A stretch of 55,765 nucleotides of DNA from a virus. Its lineage: Duplodnaviria; Caudoviricetes. The stretch covers positions 1-55,765 of the IMG/VR virus record IMGVR_UViG_3300044825_002268, one strand, 5' to 3'. The first letter of the stretch is position 1; every line of letters begins with the position of its first letter. Both the position numbers and the translations under genes were made by a program. The notes under the pieces were generated by a model that ran no database searches, was not told where the DNA came from, and saw only the letters and a list, made by a program, of their open reading frames with translations. Shown piece after piece: positions 27,168 through 35,933 of the stretch.

Positions 27168-28925
27168 TTAACCCCTTAGGTATTCCAAAGGCGACTTGGC
27201 CTTAGGAGGTATTTTGTCCGTAGGCGCTTTACGCTTGTGCTCACGGATGTTTTCTCTCATTTTGTCCAGCATCTTGGCACCGGCCTTGTTTGAACCGTTC
27301 CCAAGTGCGGCTACGGTATCGGCATCAAACACATACTCACCGTCTGCCAGCATGGCTGGAATCTCATCTGACTGACCATCTCCACGACCCTGAACATAGT
27401 GTCCAGTGGCCCCGGTAATAAACTCAGGAATATGGCCACCCTTAGCCGCAGCTACGCCAGTTCGGGAGGCAATTGTTGATAACAAATTATCGTCTGCGCC
27501 ACGAAGCTCGGGATATAACTGCTTTAACTGCGACAGAAACTGAGCCTGTTGTTGGGTGGCACCGGATGCCGGAGCAAGATAGGTAGACTCAAGGCTTCCG
27601 GGTAAGGCATATTGTGATTGTCCGGGTTGGAGCATTGATAAGCCTTGAGCCAATAAACTTGCAGTATCTTTATTTACACCGCTCATTAAATCACCCGTGT
27701 CGCCACCGCCTCCGGTAAACGCATCGTAAATATTTTTCACCGTATTTGCGGTGCGTAGCGTTGTAAGCGGATTTTGAGTAAGAGTTTCTAATCCAGCTTT
27801 GGCAAGGTTAGATAAACCCGTAGTTGTCGATATTGCGTCCCATGCTTTTGGATCAAACGGTATGCTTCGGTCAATGATTTCTACGGGTAAATTGTTCACT
27901 AAATTACTAGCAGCAAGCGTCCCGGCAGCTTCTACTGCTGGAATGGATGTGATTGATGGAACTGCTAGTTCCCCCAAAGGAAACACCTCTACACCCGCAG
28001 CCGGCAAAACTTCCGCAGCGCCTAGACTGCCTAGACTGCTTAGTGCGTTAGTGACATACGGCGCACCAAAATAAGTTAGGGCTGCAAGAGCAGCTATATT
28101 TAACGGATTTTCATACCACTTATCTTTTTCCGGCTCTTTATAAAACTCACTGGGCTGGCTAAAACTTCCCAACACATTGGGATCGGGACTGATGTTAGTT
28201 CCGTATTTTGCGTTGTAATCCTGAATTGACTTTATATACTTATCATCAAGTTCTCTTTTTTGCTTGATAGCGGCTTCATCAGTATTCCATGGACGATCAA
28301 TGATGTTTCCAAATTGTTTTTGATAGCTCTGCGACCAAGGCTCATAGATATCTCGCCAATCCGGTGGCGGATTTTCCTTGATAACTTTGCCTTCAGGCGT
28401 ATTTCCATAGGTTTTATCCCACTCTTCCTGACGACGTTTTGTTTCTGCGGCAAGTTCAGTAGCCTGTCGTTGTAGGTTTTCTTGGCCAGACGTTGCCAAA
28501 TTTACAGGTGCTCCAAACCGTGCCTCATGGCTTTTATTCCATTCGGCAACCATACCGCTGAACGTGGGGCGCGGAGGAATAGCAGAGTCTTTTAAAACCC
28601 CACCTGACATTTGCATAATTTGATCGGCCGAAAGCCCAGTGATGCGGGCTAAATCTGCGGCTGATACTTTATTTGCCGCCGCCTCTCTAGCAATGTCGTA
28701 TTGACTACCACCCGATTGTTGAATTTCTGCTATTCGATTGGCGATGGCTTGATCTTGTCCACTGACTGCATCAAGCCGCTGCTGTATGTTTTCTATTGGA
28801 ACGCCTGTGGCCTGCGCCATTTGCATTGGCGAAACGCCATACTGCCCCATAGCGGCAGCGATCTGTTGATCGCTCATGCCGGGGTTAGCCTGCAAGTAAG
28901 AACGAATATCTTCTAAGGTTGCCAT
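27168..28925 (-). CDS. Putative internal virion protein with C-terminal 'GDGQSDEIPAMLADGEYV' domain
   Basis: 585 aa with a central hydrophobic segment; 'AAKGG...GRGDGQSDEIPAMLADGEYVFDADTVAALGNGS'. Confidence 0.7.
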   Translation of the reverse strand: MATLEDIRSYLQANPGMSDQQIAAAMGQYGVSPMQMAQATGVPIENIQQRLDAVSGQDQAIANRIAEIQQSGGSQYDIAREAAANKVSAADLARITGLSADQIMQMSGGVLKDSAIPPRPTFSGMVAEWNKSHEARFGAPVNLATSGQENLQRQATELAAETKRRQEEWDKTYGNTPEGKVIKENPPPDWRDIYEPWSQSYQKQFGNIIDRPWNTDEAAIKQKRELDDKYIKSIQDYNAKYGTNISPDPNVLGSFSQPSEFYKEPEKDKWYENPLNIAALAALTYFGAPYVTNALSSLGSLGAAEVLPAAGVEVFPLGELAVPSITSIPAVEAAGTLAASNLVNNLPVEIIDRSIPFDPKAWDAISTTTGLSNLAKAGLETLTQNPLTTLRTANTVKNIYDAFTGGGGDTGDLMSGVNKDTASLLAQGLSMLQPGQSQYALPGSLESTYLAPASGATQQQAQFLSQLKQLYPELRGADDNLLSTIASRTGVAAAKGGHIPEFITGATGHYVQGRGDGQSDEIPAMLADGEYVFDADTVAALGNGSNKAGAKMLDKMRENIREHKRKAPTDKIPPKAKSPLEYLRG

Positions 28926-28927
28926 AA

Positions 28928-29176
28928 TTATTCCACCGGCCTATTGATAGCGTTGACCAAAGCGGCCGCCCAGTCCTGCCAATTCATAAATGGCCCCGGA
29001 CCGGGAATAGCCTCATTTGTAAATACATCTATTGCTTTTAAACCTTCCGCCCAAGACTTCCAATCCGACTCCGGACCCGGAACTGACAACTGCTGGGCAG
29101 CAAATGCCTCCACCATCAGGGAAGCCCATGAATCCCATGTGTGGTATCTCGGATCGTAGACTATGGAAATTGTCAT
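28928..29176 (-). CDS. Hypothetical Trp-rich virion-module protein
   Basis: 82 aa with repeated 'W..WA' motifs. Confidence 0.7.
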   Translation of the reverse strand: MTISIVYDPRYHTWDSWASLMVEAFAAQQLSVPGPESDWKSWAEGLKAIDVFTNEAIPGPGPFMNWQDWAAALVNAINRPVE

Positions 29177-31251
29177 CAGTAGCCTCGAACATCACCGAAG
29201 TTAGCATTCAACAATACCCGACCCATCTGGTAGTTGCCACCGACCACGTTACTTCTGAATTTAAGCCTCAGCTCCCGCCGTTGCTCCCGCATATCGATTT
29301 TGTGGGTTCCGGGGGCAAAGACATAAGGATTAGAAATCTTGTCTTCGGCTTGGGCATATGGGCGGCCAACCACATAAAGCTCCATATCCCCGTTTTGCAG
29401 AAAATCTGGTTCTACCCGCTCAAGGTGGAGCCACTTATTTAGTCCATCCAGCCCCGTTTGGGACGGTCCTCCACCCACCCAGCCAAGATCTGAGGTCTCA
29501 AAATAGGACTCGATGGCCAACGAAACCTCCCCGTTGACCTCGTCTGTGCCGATCTCATGCTGCCAAAGGGTGGTAAGCCCGGGTGGGGTCAAGAAATTAG
29601 CGGTTTCCGTTTGGGTGGCCGTGGCCGCTGCGGATAGGGTAACTGTGATATTTCCGGGGGTAGCGCTTGGCGCTATCGCAACAACCGTCGTGCCGGCCGG
29701 AACGCTGGCTGAATCCACCACCAGCCCCGTCCGAATTTGATTGGTTTCGAGCATTTCAATGTCGGTTGAGGCATTGAAGGTATCAATGGTCGCCGAGAAT
29801 ACGGTCTCTTCGACTGACAAATTAGTCCCGGCATTTATTGGGTAGGCGAAGACCTGAGAGAAGTACCCGGCGGTCCTACGGGAGCCTAATGCCTGCCCAC
29901 CGTCATACCAAGTGTTCTCTCGGATGTTGTAAATAATGCAGTCATTGCACTCTTCTGAGTCTCCATTAGGGAAGAACCACCAAATCTCTCCAAACCGAGG
30001 AACCTTGGTAGCCCAGACCTTTTCCCGCTGGGAATAGTTCAGATTGTCAAAAAAGTAGTTTTGGTTCATGTTGTTCGGAATCTCTTTAACGACACCGTTA
30101 TAGAGCAGGAATCGATCAACACCTATCCAGTAATAAATTCCGTCATATTCAATAACTGACTGAGAAGACAGTATTGAGGTTTGGGTAGAAATGGTGTCAT
30201 AACGCCAGTAAAGGGTTGGGCCGTAGTTTCCTGTTCCGGCAACACCTACTGAGGTCGGAGCGTAGGACACACGAATTAAGGAATCCAGCGCCCAAAAAAG
30301 CCCTGACGGAGCGTTAGATCCGCCTCGAACTGGTAACCCTTTGACAATTTTAGTTGATGCTACATTAACCTCGTTTGCATCTGCACCGTTCCAATTAAAA
30401 GGATCTCCGGCAGATGAATTTTTAATCAGGCCGTTATCCCCATAAACAAAGACATAGGGGTGTAGGACAACTACTCCGCCGGAGACCGATATGGTTGCTC
30501 CGGTCGGATTTGAACCGTTGATGTCTTTTAAAGGTGTGGATATGCTTCCGGTAACCGGACAAGCCAATACTGGAGTGTTTACAGTGCTATCAATCTGAGC
30601 CAAGTTTTGACCGGGATGGGCTAACAGTAACGTTGCACCTACCCCTTGAGTGTCAAACATGGCGTCAAACTGCCATAAATTGTTAGGGTTAGAGTCAAAC
30701 CCGTCTTCAATAGTTGCTACAGGAACGCTGAACCCCGATCCAGTTCCGCCTATGCTTGCCGCCGTTGCGCTAAGAACATCTCCAACTTCGTAATAAGATC
30801 CGCCAGCCGTTAGGGTTACAGTAGTAACGGTATTCCCAGCGACCGTGATGGTGGCCTTTGCACCATTTCCTGACCCGCCGGTTAACGAAACATTTGTGTA
30901 TGTTCCATTAGTGTAAAGCGTTCCGCCGGTAATCGTTCCAAAAGTTACCACCGGCCCACCAAAGGTAATTTCGGTGATTCCTGATCCAACACCGTTATTG
31001 TCAATCTCTAATACTTCTAAACCGCTTTCATAACCATTAAAAACACGATTTAAGCCGTCCTCGGAGTTCACATAAATGCCTCTGGATAGGCCGTTAATTG
31101 CATTAGTGATTGCTCGATATCCAAGGATCTTACGGGGGCGCCCACGCTGAAACCTGACCCAACGACCCGCTGTATAAAAGTCTTTATCGAAATAAGTACC
31201 GTCCCGCTGAACGCCGGGACGAGTATCTAGGGCAAAAACCTTTTGTGTCAT
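29176..31251 (-). CDS. Tail hub/nozzle (P22 gp10/T7 gp12-like) protein
   Basis: 691 aa, beta-rich; 'WVRFQRGRPRK..GY', 'EIWWFFP', 'IIYN..EN.WY'; located before the ejection genes. Confidence 0.7.
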   Translation of the reverse strand: MTQKVFALDTRPGVQRDGTYFDKDFYTAGRWVRFQRGRPRKILGYRAITNAINGLSRGIYVNSEDGLNRVFNGYESGLEVLEIDNNGVGSGITEITFGGPVVTFGTITGGTLYTNGTYTNVSLTGGSGNGAKATITVAGNTVTTVTLTAGGSYYEVGDVLSATAASIGGTGSGFSVPVATIEDGFDSNPNNLWQFDAMFDTQGVGATLLLAHPGQNLAQIDSTVNTPVLACPVTGSISTPLKDINGSNPTGATISVSGGVVVLHPYVFVYGDNGLIKNSSAGDPFNWNGADANEVNVASTKIVKGLPVRGGSNAPSGLFWALDSLIRVSYAPTSVGVAGTGNYGPTLYWRYDTISTQTSILSSQSVIEYDGIYYWIGVDRFLLYNGVVKEIPNNMNQNYFFDNLNYSQREKVWATKVPRFGEIWWFFPNGDSEECNDCIIYNIRENTWYDGGQALGSRRTAGYFSQVFAYPINAGTNLSVEETVFSATIDTFNASTDIEMLETNQIRTGLVVDSASVPAGTTVVAIAPSATPGNITVTLSAAATATQTETANFLTPPGLTTLWQHEIGTDEVNGEVSLAIESYFETSDLGWVGGGPSQTGLDGLNKWLHLERVEPDFLQNGDMELYVVGRPYAQAEDKISNPYVFAPGTHKIDMREQRRELRLKFRSNVVGGNYQMGRVLLNANFGDVRGY

Positions 31252-32474
31252 GTAAAGGTTCCGCCTTCTATACCACTAGGAATTGTTAAACCGCTAGATG
31301 TAAGTGTAAATTCATTTACACCTCCAACAGCAATATTAAATTGACCCGACCCAGCTCGATAAATTCCAGTTGTTGTTTCTGCTGCAAAATTTAATGATGG
31401 AGCGCCTACTGCACCATTATTCAAACTAATAGTTGATGAGCCGGCTAAGACTGTATTTGCATTAAATAAATTTACTGAGTCGCACACTAAAGTTGCTTGT
31501 TGACCTGCAGTAATGATTGCATCGGCGCCTAAACCGGTTGAAATGGTAACGGTATAGTTACTTACTCCACCCACGGTTTCATTTACGATGTAATAAACTT
31601 GAACTGTAGGTGGAACGATGACCGTGACGTTTCCAGCTAAAGTTCCAGTGTATTTCTGTATAACATTTGATGCTTCTGACGGTGTAAGAGTAAAGGTTCC
31701 TCCGGCCGCTACATCCTTAGTCAACTGAGTAAAATTAAATAAGGTAGAGCGGCCCAAACCCACCGTATAAAACGCAGTTCCTGAACAGACTAAAACACAG
31801 GAATCCGCCGGCTGCATGACAAGTGATCCTGATCCGTTGATCAAGGTTCCGCCTGATGGAGAGATTGTTAAAGCTCCGGTCCCCCCGTTTCGGATCAGCA
31901 TGAACCAGTTATTACCAAGCGTTGCAGTTGTATCAAGAGTTAACGTGCCCGCTCCACCTGTCCAAACATAGGCTTGAGCCCTGAATGCTGAGGTTGCGGT
32001 TGTATCCCCGCTAAATGTCGTAACTGGATGGGACTGGTTTAAAGTTGTTGTGACAGCCAAAAGACCGTATCCGGCGAGGCTTGCCGCATCTGCTGAGGAA
32101 GATCCCACCCCGAAGGAAATAATTCCCCAAGTTCCTTGATTATTTGGGTTTGCGGTGATGTAAATATATTTAGCCTCACCCGCGGCAATCGTGATGATCG
32201 TATTGACCCCGTTATAGTCCTTAACCGTAAAGGATGTGGCACCGACATTTCGGATTAGGGCGTCTTGTCCTACGGAGGCTTGATCCGCAGGGGGCATATA
32301 GAGGTTCAGACTGCCGGCCGTGGCCGTCACATTCATGATCCGGGCGGCATAATCATCCGTGGCGTTGCCATTGATTGGCCACTCAAGCTGTGTGTTGGCC
32401 GACAGCGTAATGGCCCGGTAGGAGACATCCGTGGGCTGAATGACGTTTCCGGTAAATGGGCTGTTATAACTCAT
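31248..32474 (-). CDS. Tail structural protein
   Basis: 408 aa, T/G/S-rich repeated beta modules, ends in 'IEGGTFT'. Confidence 0.65.
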   Translation of the reverse strand: MSYNSPFTGNVIQPTDVSYRAITLSANTQLEWPINGNATDDYAARIMNVTATAGSLNLYMPPADQASVGQDALIRNVGATSFTVKDYNGVNTIITIAAGEAKYIYITANPNNQGTWGIISFGVGSSSADAASLAGYGLLAVTTTLNQSHPVTTFSGDTTATSAFRAQAYVWTGGAGTLTLDTTATLGNNWFMLIRNGGTGALTISPSGGTLINGSGSLVMQPADSCVLVCSGTAFYTVGLGRSTLFNFTQLTKDVAAGGTFTLTPSEASNVIQKYTGTLAGNVTVIVPPTVQVYYIVNETVGGVSNYTVTISTGLGADAIITAGQQATLVCDSVNLFNANTVLAGSSTISLNNGAVGAPSLNFAAETTTGIYRAGSGQFNIAVGGVNEFTLTSSGLTIPSGIEGGTFT

Positions 32475-32476
32475 GA

Positions 32477-33112
32477 TTAGCTATCCAATACGGTGGCTTG
32501 ACGGTCGCCAATCCTCTGGATGTCTTCGGCCTTCAGCGTCTGCATGATCAAGTCATACTGCTGCTGCCACATCGGGATGCGCTCATCGTTTTTAAGGAAC
32601 GGCATGGCCTGCAAAAGGGTGCCGTAAAGCAGCGCCTGAGGCGCATAAATCGTGAACCAATTGGTCTGATTTGAGGAATCAAGGGGCTGAATCCGCTCGT
32701 AGTACAGAACCTCAAAAACAAAGTCATCGGCCGGGGTCGGGGCGACCAGCCAGTGGGTATAGTCGTAATCGGCGTAAAACTTAGGCACCCCAGTCTCGGT
32801 GGCGTCCGGCCAATACTCCCTTAGGTACTCATACTTGCGGAGCAAAACAGGGGTTTTTGACCCGTTTACCGTCACGTTCATGGACACGGTTTTATGCCAT
32901 CTAGCCGGCTTATCGATGATTGGCTGGCTGGTAGTCATGGTGCTGGTATTTACCGTCAGATTGCCCAAAAACTTAATTTGGGAGGCTATTACCTGCTCGG
33001 CCAGCATAATGAACGTCGGGATCTTCTCCAGCGTGGCCGTGTCCGTCCTCTCAAGGTAGGACGAAATATCAGCCACCAAGCTGTCATAGGTCATAACTGC
33101 CGCAACCGTCAT
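32477..33112 (-). CDS. Head-tail adaptor protein
   Basis: 'TYDSLVADI..YL.R...IPTFI.LAE', 'G.PKFY', 'APTP', 'TNW...AP..LLYG.L'. Confidence 0.75.
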   Translation of the reverse strand: MTVAAVMTYDSLVADISSYLERTDTATLEKIPTFIMLAEQVIASQIKFLGNLTVNTSTMTTSQPIIDKPARWHKTVSMNVTVNGSKTPVLLRKYEYLREYWPDATETGVPKFYADYDYTHWLVAPTPADDFVFEVLYYERIQPLDSSNQTNWFTIYAPQALLYGTLLQAMPFLKNDERIPMWQQQYDLIMQTLKAEDIQRIGDRQATVLDS

Positions 33113-33519
33113 TACCAGCTCCTATATTTTGCGGTCTTCTCAGCAATACCCTTGGGCTGAGAGACAAACTGTTTACCGGCAGCCTTTCCCTCCCGCTTGG
33201 CGCGGGTTGTGGCGGCGTATTCAGCCGAAGAAAGTCCTTGGATGGCCTTTTTGGGCAGATACCGCTCCCCGGTGGCCTTAGGGCCCTGCGTAGAGGGCTT
33301 ACCGGACTTGGTGGTCCATTCCTGCTTACCCCATTGGGAAAGGCTGTTATCGGCCTTTTTCGGGCCTTTATAGCCCCCGCCCGAGGACTTGTACTTTTGG
33401 GTAGCCAATTGAGCCTTCCGAGCCGACCACTGACCCGGAGCGCCGCCCTTGCCCGAGGCTTTCACCGAGGCAACGATGCGCTTCCACTTAGAGGGGTCAG
33501 ATTTGACTGCGGTGCTCAT
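33112..33519 (-). CDS. Basic hypothetical protein (DUF5872-like)
   Basis: 'KGGAPGQWSARKAQL....YK..GGGY', 'W.KQEW.TKSG', 'ERYLPK'. Confidence 0.7.
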   Translation of the reverse strand: MSTAVKSDPSKWKRIVASVKASGKGGAPGQWSARKAQLATQKYKSSGGGYKGPKKADNSLSQWGKQEWTTKSGKPSTQGPKATGERYLPKKAIQGLSSAEYAATTRAKREGKAAGKQFVSQPKGIAEKTAKYRSW

Positions 33520-33602
33520 TTTTTGGCTTTTTTGGGTGTCGGCTTAATCTTTTGCTTTAGCTTTTGAAAAAAAGCCTTTATTTTTTCTATGAGTTGTTTC
33601 AT
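33516..33602 (-). CDS. 28-aa cationic amphipathic peptide (candidate lysis accessory; not in ORF track)
   Basis: MKQLIEKIKAFFQKLKQKIKPTPKKAKK. AGGGG lies 7 nt upstream; the ORF starts 2 nt after the endolysin stop and overlaps the next gene by ATGA. Confidence 0.65.
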   Translation of the reverse strand: MKQLIEKIKAFFQKLKQKIKPTPKKAKK

Positions 33603-33604
33603 TT

Positions 33605-34078
33605 TTAAACCCCTTTCAATAACGCAATCTCAGCTTTCCTGCGTTTGATTAGTCCCGGTAGCGGCCTAAAAACCCCCTGAACGGTACCGTTTACCCACCT
33701 TGTTAATTGCTCGGCAGCACCCTCCCAGTCTTGGGTGTTTATTTTACGGCGCAGAGTCGATCCCCGATACCGACCCACCCCTAGGTTGTAGGCAAAGTCA
33801 GTTATCGCCGCTAGCGCCCTAGTATGAGCAACCAAATTAGGAGAAGCGCGGAGGACGCCAACAAGATAATTATTCCGAAGCTCATGAAGTAGCCACTCCT
33901 CTGCGGTTTCTTTAGTAATCGGCGCATCCTGCATGGTGACTTTGGTTCCATCAGGCTTATATACCGTGCCATATCCAATCGTTGGATAGCCCGCCACACA
34001 GATATAGGGTTTAGATGAAAACCCCTCAAATTTTCGGCATAGGTCGGCAGCTATGTTTATCGCGTCGCTCGTTCCCAT
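33605..34078 (-). CDS. Endolysin, GH24 phage lysozyme
   Basis: 'FEGFSSKPY.C.AG.PTIGYG', 'DFAYNLG......STL...IN', 'LPGLIKRR.AE'. Start set to ATG 34078. Confidence 0.92.
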   Translation of the reverse strand: MGTSDAINIAADLCRKFEGFSSKPYICVAGYPTIGYGTVYKPDGTKVTMQDAPITKETAEEWLLHELRNNYLVGVLRASPNLVAHTRALAAITDFAYNLGVGRYRGSTLRRKINTQDWEGAAEQLTRWVNGTVQGVFRPLPGLIKRRKAEIALLKGV

Positions 34079-34527
34079 ACCCTGCCCACAAACCAAAAAC
34101 TTATGATCATGAACATGATCGTGACATCGTCTTGCGTCCAAATCTTGACGATGACCTCTTTCCAATCCCCGTCCTGCTCAAGGGCTAAAAGATATGCGGC
34201 TAACTTAACTAAGAAATAGGTTCCAACAAATGCGTAGGTAATGATTGGTCGAACTAAGGCAGAAACTGCGGCAACTAATTTTCCTGCCGCAGTGGCTGTT
34301 CGGCCCTGCTCTTTAAAGGCTTCAGCCATCGTGTCCATCTCAGCCATTGTCATCATGGCCTCGGTCTGACGCATAGCAATCTCACCACGAATCTTGGCAA
34401 ATTCCATCTCAGCCTGAACCATAGCCAGCTCATGCTTACGCTCGTTTGCTCGGTCAAATAACTTAAAGGCTTCCGGGGCTAGCCTCAGAAGACCTCCAAA
34501 TACACCGCCTAGCAAAGTCTCAACCAT
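34057..34527 (-). CDS. Putative holin (multi-TM)
   Basis: Hydrophobic N-terminus, 'ERKHELAM', 'VRPIITY', 'ISFWFVGR'; adjacent to the endolysin. Confidence 0.65.
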   Translation of the reverse strand: MVETLLGGVFGGLLRLAPEAFKLFDRANERKHELAMVQAEMEFAKIRGEIAMRQTEAMMTMAEMDTMAEAFKEQGRTATAAGKLVAAVSALVRPIITYAFVGTYFLVKLAAYLLALEQDGDWKEVIVKIWTQDDVTIMFMIISFWFVGRVWERATR

Positions 34528-34793
34528 TATCTGTCTGCCTTATTATTTAGACGATCAAATAACTGCCCAATCATGGACTCAATTTTGTTGAATCCCTGAT
34601 TCATGTCCTGACGCACCTCTTTAAAGGTCTCCCTCATCTCATCCTTTTTGGCGTAGATGTCGGGAAGATCTCGTTCAATACGGTGCATATCTCTGCGGAG
34701 CTCTTTCACGGCGTCCCAAATTTCTCTAGCAAACCATCCTAGAGCGGCTAAGAGGGAACCCCCGCCGATGTTTATGACGGTTTGCCATTCCAT
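34527..34793 (-). CDS. Membrane-anchored coiled-coil protein (holin/antiholin-like)
   Basis: N-terminal TM segment then heptads; located in the lysis cassette. Confidence 0.6.
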   Translation of the reverse strand: MEWQTVINIGGGSLLAALGWFAREIWDAVKELRRDMHRIERDLPDIYAKKDEMRETFKEVRQDMNQGFNKIESMIGQLFDRLNNKADR

Positions 34794-34967
34794 TCAATCA
34801 AAACCTCGCAAAGTTTTGGCTAATCGAGCCCGCTGGCCTAACTTTCCCGGGGCCTTGGTAGCCTTATTCAAGGTCTTGGCAGGAATCTTTTTGTCGGCAG
34901 GAACGCCCAGTTGTTTCTTTAAAGCGCCCGGTTTAGAAATTGCTTTTTGAATCCATTTTTCAGCCAT
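34794..34967 (-). CDS. Small basic protein, 57 aa (not in ORF track)
   Basis: MAEKWIQKAISKPGALKKQLGVPADKKIPAKTLNKATKAPGKLGQRARLAKTLRGFD; GGAG RBS; abuts the next gene. Confidence 0.75.
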   Translation of the reverse strand: MAEKWIQKAISKPGALKKQLGVPADKKIPAKTLNKATKAPGKLGQRARLAKTLRGFD

Positions 34968-34970
34968 GCT

Positions 34971-35249
34971 TTACTCCACAAGTTCAGCTTCTTTTGGTTG
35001 ATTCACTACTTTGACAACTTCAGCGCCAATGATTGCTGTTGAAGTTTTTCTGTCAATCGTCATATAACCTTTACAGCAAATGTTGTAATCAACGCCGTTT
35101 TCATCTTTTTCACTTTTAATGGAAACGCTGATGTCTAAGTTTTTAAACAAATATTCTTTACCGTTCTCAAAAACACGCCATACATGATCCATCGTGCCTC
35201 GACCGGGCTGGCCTCGTTGTTTATTAAAACGAATTGAGTATTTGTTCAT
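34971..35249 (-). CDS. Hypothetical protein
   Basis: 'YSIRFNK.RG......HVWRVFENGKEYL'; overlaps the oxygenase stop. Confidence 0.7.
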   Translation of the reverse strand: MNKYSIRFNKQRGQPGRGTMDHVWRVFENGKEYLFKNLDISVSIKSEKDENGVDYNICCKGYMTIDRKTSTAIIGAEVVKVVNQPKEAELVE

Positions 35250-35923
35250 ACAACCTCCGCAGGCTGTGCGGTGTTGATTATTGCCGGCATATAAGGACGC
35301 AAACCAAGATTAAAATGGATGAATTTCATTGGTTTGTCTGATTCATTTCGGCTAAAACTATGAGGAAGCCACGCGCTAGTAAACATTAGCATTCCCGGTT
35401 TAGCTTCAAAATTGATCATATTGCTAGCATAAGTTGCCTGCGAAACATCTTTTTCGGTCCAAGAGATCAAAGGCTTGCCAGCTCTAGGATCATGGAATAT
35501 CACACGGGAAGCGTTCTCAGGCACCTCAAGAAAATAAAATCCAACTATTTGAGACCCGGCCCCATGAACGTGTTGATCCATTCCAGAGTATTTGTAATGT
35601 TCTTGACACCACATTTCTGAAAAGTAAGTCTCAAAACCGTCGAGGTTATATCCTTGCTCAACCAAAATGTTGTAAGCCGTCTGACCGATGTAATACTGAA
35701 GCGGAATAATTTCTGGCTTATCAAACAAATTTCCAGTCATATTGACCGGATAAATATCGTTTGTTTGCCGTTCTTTACGCGCCTCTACAAGCGCCTCTTC
35801 CGATATCTTGTTTGCCGCTTCTAAAAACTCAGGTTTTTCAATGGTATAAATAATTGTCGGAAAATACATATTTGCGTTAAGCACATCTTGTTTTTGTTCT
35901 TCTTCTTTATTTGCGGCGCACAT
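35246..35923 (-). CDS. 2OG-Fe(II) oxygenase-like protein
   Basis: 'HVH...G.Y.L.VP...F.DPR...G....F.AWLPH' pattern of the phage TIGR02466/2OG-FeII_Oxy_5 type. Confidence 0.8.
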   Translation of the reverse strand: MCAANKEEEQKQDVLNANMYFPTIIYTIEKPEFLEAANKISEEALVEARKERQTNDIYPVNMTGNLFDKPEIIPLQYYIGQTAYNILVEQGYNLDGFETYFSEMWCQEHYKYSGMDQHVHGAGSQIVGFYFLEVPENASRVIFHDPRAGKPLISWTEKDVSQATYASNMINFEAKPGMLMFTSAWLPHSFSRNESDKPMKFIHFNLGLRPYMPAIINTAQPAEVV

Positions 35924-35933
35924 TTTTATCTCC

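Noticed and set aside
34079-34165. N-terminal extension of the endolysin as a SAR or signal sequence
   Set aside because: The extension is hydrophilic and overlaps the holin-like gene; ATG 34078 gives a typical GH24 length.
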